A DNA stretch of 46,847 nt, taken from assembly GCA_038203125.1 (NCBI GenBank), contig JBBREG010000001.1, forward strand, positions 1-46,847, written 5' to 3'. A model generated the notes under the pieces. That model was not told where the DNA came from, made no database searches, and saw only the letters and a list, made by a program, of their open reading frames with translations. The position numbers and the translations under genes are program-made. Shown here piece by piece: positions 46,812 to 46,847 of the stretch (position 1 is the first letter of the stretch; every line of letters starts with the position of its first letter). This DNA is from Chitinophagales bacterium. Lineage in GTDB: Bacteria > Bacteroidota > Bacteroidia > Chitinophagales > Saprospiraceae.

Positions 46812-46847
46812 CACCAGGAACGAAATATATAGAAAGCCCGTTTCGTT

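Noticed and set aside
46819-46847. Hairpin AACGAAA-N15-TTTCGTT after the last gene, a possible terminator.
   Set aside because: The window ends at the 3' arm, so a T-tract cannot be assessed. A 7-bp AU-rich stem with a 15-nt loop is marginal.
1-46847. Window-wide search for CRISPR repeats, IS elements or transposases, integrases, phage modules, toxin-antitoxin pairs, restriction-modification genes or known defence genes.
   Set aside because: None found. Every ORF over 100 aa that I accept has either a housekeeping assignment or is a lone hypothetical. There are no clustered unknowns that would suggest an undescribed multi-gene system.

Overview
This window looks like an ordinary chromosomal core segment of a Bacteroidota genome. 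Support for the phylum comes from T9SS type A and type B C-terminal sorting domains, signal peptides cleaved before Gln (the Bacteroidetes Q-rule), the long Bacteroidetes-type PurM, several TAnnTTTG -7-like promoter motifs, and a lack of obvious Shine-Dalgarno sequences. I can support 1 tRNA (Gly-CCC), 36 protein-coding genes and a few hairpin terminators. Coding density is high and many junctions are tight or overlapping, consistent with operons. The genes are mostly housekeeping: M16 peptidase, mutS, kbp-like BON-LysM, xseBA, sucC, thrA-thrC, purM, mdh, mrp-nifU-pyrF, cysteine desulfurase plus a PLP dehydratase, glmM, PAP2, folD-prmA, maf-acs-ubiA-like, dacB-lysA, a dipeptide epimerase, terC and a DnaQ-like exonuclease. 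I find no CRISPR array, transposase, integrase, phage genes, toxin-antitoxin pair or recognisable defence module, and no large non-coding region; the longest intergenic gap is about 260 bp. I therefore do not see a convincing novel multi-gene system. The most unusual items, all of modest interest, are these. (1) An 871-aa double CbbX/SpoVK-type AAA+ ATPase whose N-terminal 290 aa is an internally duplicated domain I cannot place in any family. (2) An archaeal DGGGPS-like UbiA prenyltransferase that heads a tight ubiA-acs-maf string. (3) A perfect 24-bp palindrome between glmM and the cysteine desulfurase. (4) An AT-rich accessory-looking stretch holding a T9SS type B cargo of unknown function, preceded by a 47-codon signal-peptide-only ORF. 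(5) thrA abutting thrC with no homoserine kinase between them.
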